DNA of 12,621 nt from the NCBI GenBank assembly GCA_024704765.1, contig JAKMXF010000154.1, positions 1 through 12,621 on the forward strand, in the 5' to 3' direction. The DNA is from Oopsacas minuta. Taxonomy: Eukaryota; Animalia; Porifera. Position 1 is the first letter of the stretch. The number at the start of each line of letters is the position of its first letter. The position numbers and the translations under genes were made by a program. Positions 1 to 9,068 of this stretch are shown here, piece by piece. The notes below the pieces were generated by a model that was not told the DNA's origin, did not search any database, and saw nothing but the letters and a program-made list of their open reading frames with translations.

Positions 1-729
1 CGAGTGTATTATTTGAAAGAAGAGCTTGACACCTTCATGAGAAGCAAGGGGATGGTCATTCCTCAGTTCACTGATTCCTCATGGCTATCAGACTTTGCAG
101 TTTTAGTAGACATTACTGATCATCTGAATTCACTCAATTTGCATTTGCAAGGTAAAAGACAGCTAATAATGTATATTTTTCTTTTAAATAAAACTTCGGC
201 TTTGGGAAAATCAGCTACAAGAAAAGAATTTTGTACATTTTCCAACTTTAAAAGCAAATAACCCAGATGACACAGGCACCTACTTAAACCTTATTTCTGA
301 CTTAAGAGCTCAGTTTTCTGCCAGATTTGTGGATATACAGAAGTATAAGTCTGATTTCAGGTTACTTGCAGCACCTTTTGATGTTTCTGTTGATGAAGCT
401 GCTGAACTAGAACAAATGGAATTGGTAAATCTTCAGTGTAATGATCTTCTGAAGTCTAAATTTCGTGATTGTGAGGATGATACTATTACCTTTTACCAGA
501 AGTATCTTACAGAACAGCAATTTCCAGAACTTCGGAAACATGCTAAGAAATTCTGCTGCTTATTTGGCAATACTTTCACATGCGAACAACTATTCTCAAA
601 AATGAAGCTTACCAAAAGTATTACACGTACCAGACTCACAGATGACCATTTAATGATGTTTTAAGAATCACAACAACCGTTAGCATACCAAATTTTGAAA
701 CATTATCAAAACAAAGAAAACAGCATTAA
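1..729 (+). pseudogene. Frameshifted hAT transposase C-terminal half (GTF2IRD2/EPM2AIP1/SPIN-like), including the hAT dimerisation region
   Basis: Frame 1 gives RVYYLKEE...WLSDFAVLVDITDHLNSLNLHLQGK. A +1 base at AAAA 190-193 shifts to frame 2: KLRLWENQL...FPTLK...MELVNLQC...FPELRKHAKKFCCLFGNTFTCEQLFSKMKLTKSITRTRLTDDHL. A -1 base at TTTT 659-662 returns to frame 1: LRITTTVSIPNFETLSKQRKQH* (TAA 727-729). This joins ORF-track entries 4..261 and 329..664. Confidence 0.92.
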
Positions 730-897
730 GTTTCTCATTAACATGTTAGTAAAGTGTAATATTAGTTCAATGTTAGTTACTAAGAAATGTGTGAAGCAGT
801 CCCAATTGCTTACTCTTAGGATATAGGACATAGGGTATAAAAGAGAAGTTTGGCTCGCCTGACCACATATCACCAGGAACTGGCGCTTGGTTCTAAA

Positions 898-913
898 AGG
901 TTGGGGACCGCTG
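898..913 (-). repeat. Right terminal inverted repeat of Buster-type hAT (reverse complement CAGCGGTCCCCAACCT)
   Basis: Matches the left TIR of copy B (CAGAGGTCCCCAACCT, 11680-11695) at 15/16 positions. Confidence 0.9.
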
Positions 914-1527
914 AAATAGACTCTATCAATTTCAATCAATTAATAGGAGCATTTTGTTAACAAATTTGCTAAGTAAGGAATCAAATGATGTCGTTTCGAT
1001 TGCAGGGAAAATTATGTGTGATATTTAAATATCAATAACATATTTATTCTTACCAAAGTGTACTATATAATATTGTCACAACTATATGTCCCTGCTCCAA
1101 GTCCATTAATTAGCACCATTACTGTATAGAATGTTTTCAAATAAGTCAAATATACGAATAGACACTCTATATACAAATTCAGTTCAATCGTATTACATAT
1201 TTCATGCCTACTTCAACTGTTTCCAGAAAATAATAGCGTTATCGAAAACCGCAAAACTCACCAACCAAAAATTCAGGTGTGCCGATATATCCATCAATGA
1301 AATCCCATACGTGACTTGCTATAAAACAATCATATATTTAGTACCAATAGAACTAATGATTTTCGAGATATCAATGTAGCACACTAGCCTAACTTGATAT
1401 AGAGCAAAGTAGAAACCGCCCCAAAGAAATAGGTCTTCAACCAAATAATCGGTTGAGCAAATAATTGATCAATCAAATATTCAGTTGAAAAGTTAATCCA
1501 TGCAAATATTTCCGGCCGATCAATTAT

Positions 1528-1718
1528 CGTACTTAACAACTCCTTTTATATTTCCCTGGATTTTATTCGCTAAATCCCTGGATTGTAAAAGTTGTAGATC
1601 CATAATAACGGAGAAGATAGCAGGTATTTCAACAAAAATCTAGGATTTCCAATATCTGCTCTGAAATCTTTTACAATCAAGGCATAATCCAGAGATCCCG
1701 GGAAGCTTGGCAAGTATG
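1528..1718. mobile_element. Putative decayed MITE (about 190 bp)
   Basis: The right end TTGGCAAGTATG (reverse complement CATACTTGCCAA) matches CGTACTTAACAA at 1528 at 9/12. Internal repeats of an AATCC/GGATT-type motif are present (TTTCCCTGGATTTT, AAATCCCTGGATTG, AAATCTAGGATTT, AATCCAGAGAT). No clear TSD. Confidence 0.4.
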
Positions 1719-1842
1719 AAATATATTGGTTGCCCAAATATACAAAAATCGCACCATCCGAAAACCTAGTACTAAAGAAATATATAACTCCGTGTTTATT
1801 TAAAGTTTGAAGAAATTTCGCAAACTAGACGTTAGTCCTGTT

Positions 1843-1894
1843 CGGATAACCGACTTGTTGGATAATAGATGTTGAGATAATCGAAGGTATTGTA
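1843..1894 (+). mobile_element. Probable right end of a pogo/Tigger-like (Tc1/mariner) MITE
   Basis: Three GATAA-core motifs spaced 15-16 bp apart (CGGATAACCGA, TGGATAATAGA, GAGATAATCGA), followed by GGTATTG|TA. This resembles pogo/Tigger ends with a TA target. No partner end found. Confidence 0.4.
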
Positions 1895-1922
1895 TATTAA
1901 ATGTTGAATACCAATATTAAAA

Positions 1923-2250
1923 TACCGAAAAACATCGTATCGTGATTGACTCCTTCTCCGCGGACATACCAAACTTGATCCTTGCTAAAATTGAATAAGA
2001 TACAGATGCCAACTCTGTTACCCAAAGAATTCAGGAACACTTACCACTATAATAGACAAGGCATGTGCAGTTAACTACGGTGAGAATTAGTCATAGGCCT
2101 ACACTCTCCCTGGTATGATGATGAGATGAAAGACGCATATTGGGGAAACGCAAGTGGTAAGAAAGTACATGCAGTCTTAGCTAGTTGCGCATGGGCAAAT
2201 TTAGCGAAAAAATGCACCATGTATAGAAGCTTATTCAAAAGAAAATGAAT
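1923..2250 (+). pseudogene. Degenerate non-LTR retrotransposon (CR1/L2-like) ORF2 fragment, region between endonuclease and reverse transcriptase
   Basis: Frameshifted motifs occur in the expected order: YRK...IDSFSADI, then ID-x-H...RP, PWYDDEMKDA (2108-2137) and KRKW (2146-2157). This resembles the D-x-HAP...RP..PW...ERKWR segment of CR1/L2 ORF2. Stops and frameshifts throughout. Confidence 0.5.
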
Positions 2251-2473
2251 TTCCTTTGGGCATAAGGTACTAAAAACTGACCAAATTCACACCTGACGAA
2301 ATTATGACGTTATTGTCACCTTTTTTGGATTCTTAAAACCACATTATTAACAACTGCTCACCCAATATACATGATAGAAGTTAAAAATTTGAGTCACAGG
2401 TACCCTTTAGAGTGGCAAATGTCCGGACGTCATGATTCGTAACAAAAGATAACTCATTATAGGATTATTACGT

Positions 2474-2780
2474 CATCGTGACGGTACAAAATATCAAAAT
2501 ATCGAAAAATTTCAGAATTTCTTAATACTCGAGGCCCGAGAATCGAGATTACGAACAAAAAGCGACATAGCATCTCCACAACTACCACAGAAGGCCATTC
2601 AATGTAATTTGGGTGGACCATGGATATTAAAATTTCTGCAATATTATAAACCGGAGGCACGAATTGCCGAGTATATCCCGTTGAATAGCGACCAAATGCA
2701 CTAACAAATTTATCTGTTAAATACTTAATCTAACCTGAGGCACTATCTGTCGCAGCGACCTTGCAAGCAAAGCGCGTAGT
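2474..2780 (+). repeat. Dispersed repeat copy 1 (paralogue at 8435-8747), Helitron-like 3' end
   Basis: Collinear blocks shared with copy 2: CATCGTGA, CTTAAT-x-CT-x-GAGG-xx-CGA, CATGGA, GAGGCAC, TAGYGACCAAAWGCACTAA, ATACTTAA-x-CTAA, and the terminal GCAAGCRAAGCGC(G)TAGT. Confidence 0.75.
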
Positions 2781-2825
2781 ACAATAGAACTATGATTGGC
2801 GTAAAACTATAGTACCTTTCTTCAA

Positions 2826-3014
2826 CTAATCTTTGATGCCTTGGCTCTTCCTACTGATTTGTTTACTATCTAATACTTCATCAATTACGGATGAGGTAGA
2901 CAGGTCAGGAAGGGAAAGATTTCCCATTTTCAACCCAATAAGTGTACTGAAGTCAGAGTCAATAATTGTACTGGGTTGACGGGGTGCCTCGCTTTCCTTA
3001 TACTTGCTCGAACT
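2826..3014 (-). other. Ambiguous segment: candidate host exon (phase 0, Ser-rich) or LINE relic
   Basis: An acceptor-like TTATTTTGCAG ends at 3015 and is followed by the open frame SSSKYKESEAPRQPSTIIDSDFSTLIGLK...RKSQGIKD* (stop 2826-2828). Possible donors are GTAAAC at 2866 and AAG|GTACTA at 2815. FST-x-IG-x-K...EV...KS-x-G-x-x-D also loosely resembles the pre-RT segment of LINE ORF2. Confidence 0.3.
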
Positions 3015-4071
3015 CTGCAAAATAACAATTTCAATGAGTTTTTCTTCGCAATGTCTAGTTCGGCATATAGTTCTAGCTTAGCAATCGCTGAAGAAATGGC
3101 CATATCACTGGACTAAAAACTTTGGCCAATCCAGTCTTGTGTTGTTTCAGCCATTAGGTTAAATTTCAAATTATGTTACAAAATAATCAACTTTGATAGT
3201 CAATATTCTATGACTTTTACAATAATTATACGTATATTATCTGACTTTTAAATGTATATTCACAATGCATTTCTTTGCATCTTGGTGTTTCCGCACACTT
3301 AAAAGTTTAGATTGTAATTTTCGAAAGAATACTACGAGAAATATTAAAATAAATATCTGTTTGAAATTGTTTATGTTACAGTACTATGAATAATAAATTC
3401 AGATTCAGAATACTTAAAGTAACTGAACTAAACTTTGAACTAAAAAAAGTTACAGTAGTAAGGAATTCCATTAATATAACTCTATAAGCAATTGTATTTC
3501 AAATTTGAGCAAACTGAAATTGGACTGCTAACTGTTTGAATCCAGTTTAGGTATATTTGTAGGCTGTCTATAAATTGAGAACACTATGGCAATCAACTAT
3601 GAAAAATGAATGAATAAATACAAGGAAATAGACCTCAATAATTGGTCTATTCCCTCCACTAGCCACTGTGCTGTAGGAATTATACAAAAGTATACGAGAA
3701 CCGATATCCAGAGGATGGTTCTATAACCGATCTTCTTCTAATCGGTGTTCTTGTAGCTTATAAGCGATACCCATTGTAATGGAAATTTCAAATATACAGC
3801 CAATAATTATAATCCATTAAACATGAGAAGATTCGTTTTTAACAAGTTGTGAAAGTTTCAGTAGATTCCGGGTTGGTTAATACAAACGCGAAATAATTTA
3901 CAAGAGCGGGCATGGATTGAGACTAGATGGCTGCCGGAAATCATTAAAGTTTATCGATTCATTCAATTTCGTAAAATTAAATATTTCATAATGTGTTCGT
4001 AAAGCACGTAGGTAGTGATGGAACCAAACAACGACAGGGATTAGTGGTAGTGATAAATAACTAACAACAAC

Positions 4072-4422
4072 CTTCAGTTCCTTCAAATTTGTAATTGTAC
4101 TTTGAATAAGATGGTTTTCTGGAAATATCAAAGCCAAGGAAGTTGAATCAATCTGGAGTTTATTGACATTATCACAGTGTGCTTGAAACGTTCTATCTAA
4201 ATTCTGTAAATATTTAATACGCCCATCTGTCTCCTCCCATGTATTCCCAAATGAATTACAATCGAATTCTTGTAACATAAGTGAAAGAGAATCATCAATG
4301 AGGGCACACTGTCTGAAATAATGCAAAAGCTCCAAGTGCTGGTCTAAAAGAGATCTTTTAGCATTTAGAACATTTTTCAAAGATTCAACAGAAACTTGCA
4401 ATTCCTCTATTCTGCCACTAAC
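4072..4422 (-). CDS. Internal exon (351 nt, 117 codons, phase 0/0) of a host gene encoding a spectrin-type repeat (spectrin or related spectrin-repeat protein)
   Basis: Acceptor CTTATCTTTTTTCCTTTAG ends at 4423; the donor is AAG|GTTGTT at 4071, or in-frame GTTAGT 6 nt further. Translation VSGRIEELQVSVESLKNVLNAKRSLLDQHLELLHYFRQCALIDDSL...SFGNTWEETDGRIKYLQNLDRTFQAHCDNVNKLQ...LI...HLIQSTITNLKELK follows the helical pattern of spectrin repeats (L..+LEL..F.R.C, G.+.E.....+K....++..+.AH...+..L). No stops. Confidence 0.75.
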
Positions 4423-4896
4423 CTAAAGGAAAAAAGATAAGCATATACAGTAGCTCAAAAATGCCATTAACGCAGAATGTTTCAGTATTTAGATACTACC
4501 TATGCCAGTTTTAATGTTCTATTCATACATGTGTAATGTACAAACTAATCGATAAATACCATGATACGTATATATTCCATGCCTTGAATTTTTGAATCAT
4601 CACGGCATTTTCTCATAACTATACATAGGTGTATTTCATAAATATTCAAATAATTATAGTCCAGTAAATTTTAGTGAAAAACAATCGGTGGTAAACTGTA
4701 AGAAACATATTTTCAACTGCATTTTGGAGAATACTTTCCGAATTAAATACAAAATATCCGATAAAATTAAGCCATGGGAAAGTTGATTTATTGGAAATTT
4801 ACTCTAGTCACCAGATAAAACAGGAAGAGTGAAAAAAAATTTGGTTAAAACCAGAATTAAAGTCCAATCAAATTTTTATGCCGATTTTCGTAATTA

Positions 4897-7841
4897 GCCT
4901 TTTTCTATCAGGTTTGCGCCCCTTAGAAATGACTAAAATGTATGATTGAAAATTATTTAATGGTTAAACAGCAAATAGAAACTACACAACTACTCTTCTA
5001 TTCTTTCTATTCCATATATCTACAATATTTTCTAGCTCCATCTCACATCGTTTCTCTGGCGATTTGATTGCAATTTCATTAGGTATGATAGACTAGATTC
5101 TCCTATACGGTATCGTAATCGAGTTTTATCATCTTCATCTCTGAACAACTCCGTTCAACAGATGCAGTACTGACAGGAATAGACAGGCAGATATTAGACA
5201 CAGAGTGTTTAGGTTAGGAAAAGTTGTTTTCAGCATGTCATTGATCGCCAATTCATGCAGTTGTACTCCGATATCTTCCCTAAATTGTTTAGAGAGGTAG
5301 TGCCGGAATGTCTTCCATTATGTACTAATTGGAGTTGGCGTGAGAGCTGGTTTAGAAAATTCTTCACCCCCTAGTGTCTGCGCTGGCCTGTCCATTCCAT
5401 AATGTCTACTGATTGTATTAACAGAATCTTCTCCATATGATAGATATTCTGGTGATTCTAGTCAAGAGGCTTTCTTCGGATCAAAGGTACTAAATGCAGA
5501 AACTACACCTTGTGAAACGACTGGAAATGTTGCTTTTCAAGCCGGAGATGAAAGGTTTTCCAGCAGCAACTTGGAATGATTTAATATCAGCCAAGGCTAG
5601 CTTGAAATCAGCAACTTCATCCAGGCTGTATATGATAGCAAGCAATTAAAGTACCCAGCTAGCAGCTGATAACAGTGTATGTAGAGTTGAATCGACAAGA
5701 GCAGAAATGATAGATAAGTCCAGTTCTACTGCTTGAAGAGGCTTGCTAAGTTTAGCAACTTGAGTTAAAGTGTAATCAAGAAGAAATATAGCTGAGATTG
5801 TTGATTTCTTGCTCAGAGCTTTACTTATGCCCAGTGCTTCTGGCTCATGTGTCTCTTCATAGATATCGTTGAGACCAAGAACAATTCCACAATAGTTCTC
5901 TTTGACAGCAATTACACACCGTTCGTGAGCCAGCCAACGGGGCAGATGGTTTGATGGCCTTAAACTCTGGGATATTGAACACAAGCTGGACTTCCTTCAA
6001 ACACTCAGCTCTCTTTGGTGAATAGTGGAAGAATTTCCAAAGAGTTGTCAGCGTAGTGTAGACATGCTTGATTCCACTAACACTGTTAGCTGCTTGAACA
6101 CATGCAAGTTAGAATAAATGGGAATTGCAGTGCACAAATATAGAATGAAGTGAATTCCTCTTCAATAAGCTCTAGATTCCTTTATGTTTCCAGAAAATGT
6201 TGCTCTCAATCAAACACCATACCAATCAGCATGCTAAGTTGTATACTCTTCTTCTTCACTTAACAAGTATCATTGATTGTTTTGACATCTGGTTTTTTCA
6301 ACGAAACAAATTCTAAGAAGTGTGCAACAGGTAATCCATCTTCTACCCACCAACAAAATACAGACAACTCTTCTATTGTTGTACTATCTGTACATTCATC
6401 AGCCATCAAGCTGAAATACTGTGCTTGATGAAGGCGTTTGAGAAGAGATTCATCAACACACTGACCTATTGCTGCAACAAATTCAACCCGACGTCTTTGG
6501 ATGTATCACTGCGTTTCTTCCAGCTCTTTCAATGAATAACCTCAAATATTCGCCGCCAAAACTCACTAGAAATCAACAAGGCCACTGAAATTAGTCGTAT
6601 GAGCAAATTGATGACTAGCAAGAAATTGAGTGCAACGGATAAATGATTTAATAGCTGCTATGTTCTTTAGCCTCTCTATTATTCCCACTTGCTGCAACTG
6701 TTATGATGGACTCCTCTTGCATTGCTCTAGTAGCAACAATCTGAGTTTCACAAGACTGAATGTGTCCATTACTCTGTGAATGTGCTCGCATCTTTTCTGC
6801 AGCCTTCTTCCAATTGCTTAAAGGCTTTGTAACCCAATTTCCACCAGTTCTCTCAAGTGACCTCACCCCTTTCCTACAAACCTTACAGAAACCACCTTGG
6901 AGATCTTCATCAAATTCCAGCCAAGGAAATTCTCTTTCCCATTTATTTTTGTAGAGGCGTAGTTGAAAACAGGGCGAGATTTTGTTCTTCGCTGCTCTTG
7001 ATCAGGTTGAAAAGTTGTACTAGTACAAAGCATTTAAAGAGAAGTTGGAACTAGCTCTTGACTGTCAGGTTCGGAAGTAAAATTGAAGAGATGGTCCAAG
7101 CCAAAGAACAAACCGAAATTAAGAACTTAAAACTTTTGTAATTAAAACCAAGTCCCTTATATATGTCCTGTTATGTGACAGTTAATCTATCATGACACCA
7201 TCAGGCAAGCCATTACCTGTATGAAAATATATTATTGGTAAATTGTCAACAATTGCTACTGACTATTTTATTAACTATTGTTTTTAAACTGATACTGGCC
7301 GCCACTTGTATGCCTAGCCATAAAGTCATAGAGGAAGTGGCTAAAAATGTATGGCTTCGTTTTACCAAAAGTTTGGGCAGTAACGTTAACACTGACTATT
7401 GTTTTCATTCAAGAATCTTGTGACCACATTTGGTTCGATTTTAGTGAGATTCTATTAAAATACTTAGGGACACCCAGGGCCCTTGCAGTATAGCTGCCAT
7501 CCAGTACGCTTCCAACGCCCGGTAAAGGACTCTATGGTCCAATTTGAGAATAACTGTAGAATTTATTTCCAAGTTTAATTAGTGACATGTACAAAACATA
7601 TACAATTATCGCCTCTTCTAATGCTTATTCCGATTATTGTTCAATACCTTTAGAATGTAGTAGGTGCGACCTAACCGACATGACCAGAGTACAACAAATG
7701 TAGCCAAGGTCTAAAAATTGTGTCTGCTGATATGAAAATGTGTGTGGCTAGGGTATAATTTCCTCACGGATGACCATGCCCCCCTACAGTCCTGCAAACT
7801 ATCATTTGTCCCCCCTTACATAAATCCTGAAAGGAACCCTA
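4897..7841 (-). mobile_element. hAT DNA transposon with TTF-type zinc-finger transposase (ZMYM1/ZNF862/P52rIPK-like), decayed, about 2.9 kb
   Basis: The left end on the minus strand is TAGGGTTCCTTTCAGGATTT (from 7841), followed by G-rich subterminal blocks. A putative degraded right end at 4902-4912 (TTTCTATCAGG) matches the inner 11 bp of the TIR at 9/11, but the outer TAGGG is missing and there is no TSD. Boundaries are less certain than the transposase. Confidence 0.65.
4982..7033 (-). pseudogene. Full-length degenerate hAT transposase: TTF zinc finger, catalytic core and C-terminal dimerisation domain
   Basis: Motifs in order on the minus strand: KWEREFPWLEFDEDLQGGFCKVC...WVTKPLSNWKKAAEKMRAHSQSNGH (TTF finger, about 6770-6945), FSLMADECTD (6386-6415, first catalytic Asp), FVHCNSH (6118-6138, CxxH), RWLAHERC (about 5916-5939), and CLSIPVSTASVERSCSEMKMIK...NIVDIWNRKNRRVVV* (TAG at 4982-4984). 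Many stops and frameshifts. The start at ATG 7033 is tentative. Includes ORF-track 5646..5984 and 6648..6866. Confidence 0.92.
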
Positions 7842-7999
7842 CTCCACTATGGCAGAAGCAAGATAGTCTACCTGAATGTTTAGTGCTATTCTAATATTAC
7901 TCCTTTGGGATATTATTTGTGAAGCTATAGTAATATACCCTTGCGGTGCACCTCGAGGTAGATTATGTGCTATTTCTTAGTCCATCGTCTGACAATGGG

Positions 8000-8110
8000 A
8001 AAATTTGCTGGGCACCCCTTTACACTTTGTGAAGGAATTGTCGAGCAGCTAAAAGTGCAGAATATCATTTCAGGATAGTATTCTGCCCCCCCCCTCTATG
8101 GATCACCACG
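8000..8110 (-). mobile_element. Possible orphan left end of another hAT-like non-autonomous element
   Basis: The minus strand reads CGTGGTGATCCATAGAGGGGGGGGGCAG...GGGGTGCCCAGCAAATTTT, similar in style to the G-rich subterminal blocks of the neighbouring hAT end. No partner end identified. Confidence 0.3.
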
Positions 8111-8434
8111 TTCGGGGAAGTCGAATGTTAGCATAGTGTGTTTCGAGGGTTAGGTTTCCACCTTTAATTGACCGATGAATTTCCATTGATTACACAATTA
8201 GAATGTCAAAATCTAAAATACCCGGCGGCAGAGGAAGAGGGGGATTGGTGGGGAGAGTCTATCCGGCTACCAAGGAAGTTTCCGCGAAAGCCGGTGGGGT
8301 CGCAAGAGTGATCATATATTGGTTAGTAGTTAGTAGATAAGAGGATTAATGTAATGTATTTGGGAGGGGCGGCACTCAAAAGACTAACGAGCGCTTTACA
8401 AAATCATGTGGGAATAAAATCGGTAGGTGCCTCA

Positions 8435-8747
8435 CATCGTGAAGCGACATAGCAAGAGAAGCGCGGGATTTTGAGAAATTACTTAATCCTTGAGGGACGA
8501 TGTGCCGAAATTAACATATTGCTAAGTAACAGCCTTAGGTCACCACAGAGACAATTGAATTACCTTAGTATGACATGGAAAGAATTTCCACTATTCAGTC
8601 AATTTGAGGCACTTAGAACCGATATCCAGTCGCGTAGTGACCAAAAGCACTAAAAGGTTAGTTAGTGTATACTTAAGCTAATCAAGGAACGAAGCGGTAA
8701 GTCAACGCCCACCTGTTGCACAGTGACATAGCAAGCGAAGCGCTAGT
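8435..8747 (+). repeat. Dispersed repeat copy 2 (paralogue of 2474-2780), Helitron-like 3' end CTAG|T
   Basis: Collinear with copy 1. It carries an internal 19-bp direct repeat, GACATAGCAAG(A/C)GAAGCGC, at 8446-8464 and 8725-8743 (18/19) and ends GCGAAGCGCTAG|T at 8746/8747. Confidence 0.75.
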
Positions 8748-9024
8748 CATAATTTATACCTTGGACATGAAATGGTATATTATCAAATTTCATTTATGAA
8801 TCAATTGAAAGATCATATAAAATAGGATAAGCAATTGATTTTAGATAAAAGGTGCTGTATAATTATCAGTATGGATGAATAGCAGACATAATTCCAAAAG
8901 AAACACGAAAAATTTGAAAAAATCAATTTAGCGATTAGAGGATATTAAATTATGATGTCATTGTCCGAATTGAGCCAAATTAGATAAAGGATGGCCGCTG
9001 AAACTTTATAGTAATCTTTGAAGT

Positions 9025-9068
9025 AAAATACAAGGAATCAATTATGCCCAATTGGTTCCTTGTATTTT
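9025..9068. repeat. 44-bp near-perfect inverted repeat (hairpin)
   Basis: AAAATACAAGGAATCAATT, loop ATGCCC, AATTGGTTCCTTGTATTTT: a 19-bp stem with one T-G wobble. Confidence 0.9.

Larger units (their letters stand above)
1..913 (+). mobile_element. hAT DNA transposon, Buster/Charlie/SPIN-like, copy A (3' portion, runs off the window start)
   Basis: Transposase C-terminal half at 1-729, then a 3' region ending in TIR AGGTTGGGGACCGCTG (898-913). The next 8 bp, AAATAGAC, fit the NNNTANNN target preference known for Buster-family hATs. Confidence 0.9.

Noticed and set aside
706-939. ORF-track 77-aa minus ORF
   Set aside because: Antisense to the 3' end and TIR of hAT copy A; no recognisable motif.
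1019-1034. Perfect 16-bp palindrome TGATATTTAAATATCA
   Set aside because: AT-rich; one of this length is within chance expectation for a 12.6-kb AT-rich window.
1131-1379. 82-aa ORF, and similar short ORFs at 7235, 9567, 9694, 10260 and 10418
   Set aside because: Mostly I/F/L/Y/N-rich as expected from AT-rich non-coding DNA; short, with no recognisable motifs.
2395-2410. CACAGGTACCCTTTAG as a Kolobok-like end
   Set aside because: The target would be TTAG rather than TTAA, and no partner end was found.
3616-3654. 12-mer AAATACAAGGAA shared with 9026-9037, next to a small 11-bp-stem hairpin
   Set aside because: Several 12-bp matches are expected by chance in this composition, and there is no extended collinear homology.
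3898-4071. C-terminal 58 codons of ORF 3898..4401
   Set aside because: They lie beyond the splice donor and the sequence loses its spectrin character (VVVSYLSLPLIPVVVWF...); interpreted as intron read-through.
6760-7054. Plus-strand ORFs 6760..6954 and 6857..7054
   Set aside because: Antisense shadows of the TTF-finger transposase region.
8471-8653. 60-aa ORF, and ORF 2457..2660
   Set aside because: Both lie inside the two copies of the dispersed repeat, on opposite strands, and are not conserved between copies.
8435-8747. CRISPR-like array suggested by the recurring 19-21-bp motif
   Set aside because: Only two copies 279 bp apart at this locus, no regular 30-40-bp spacers, no cas genes, and a eukaryotic context.
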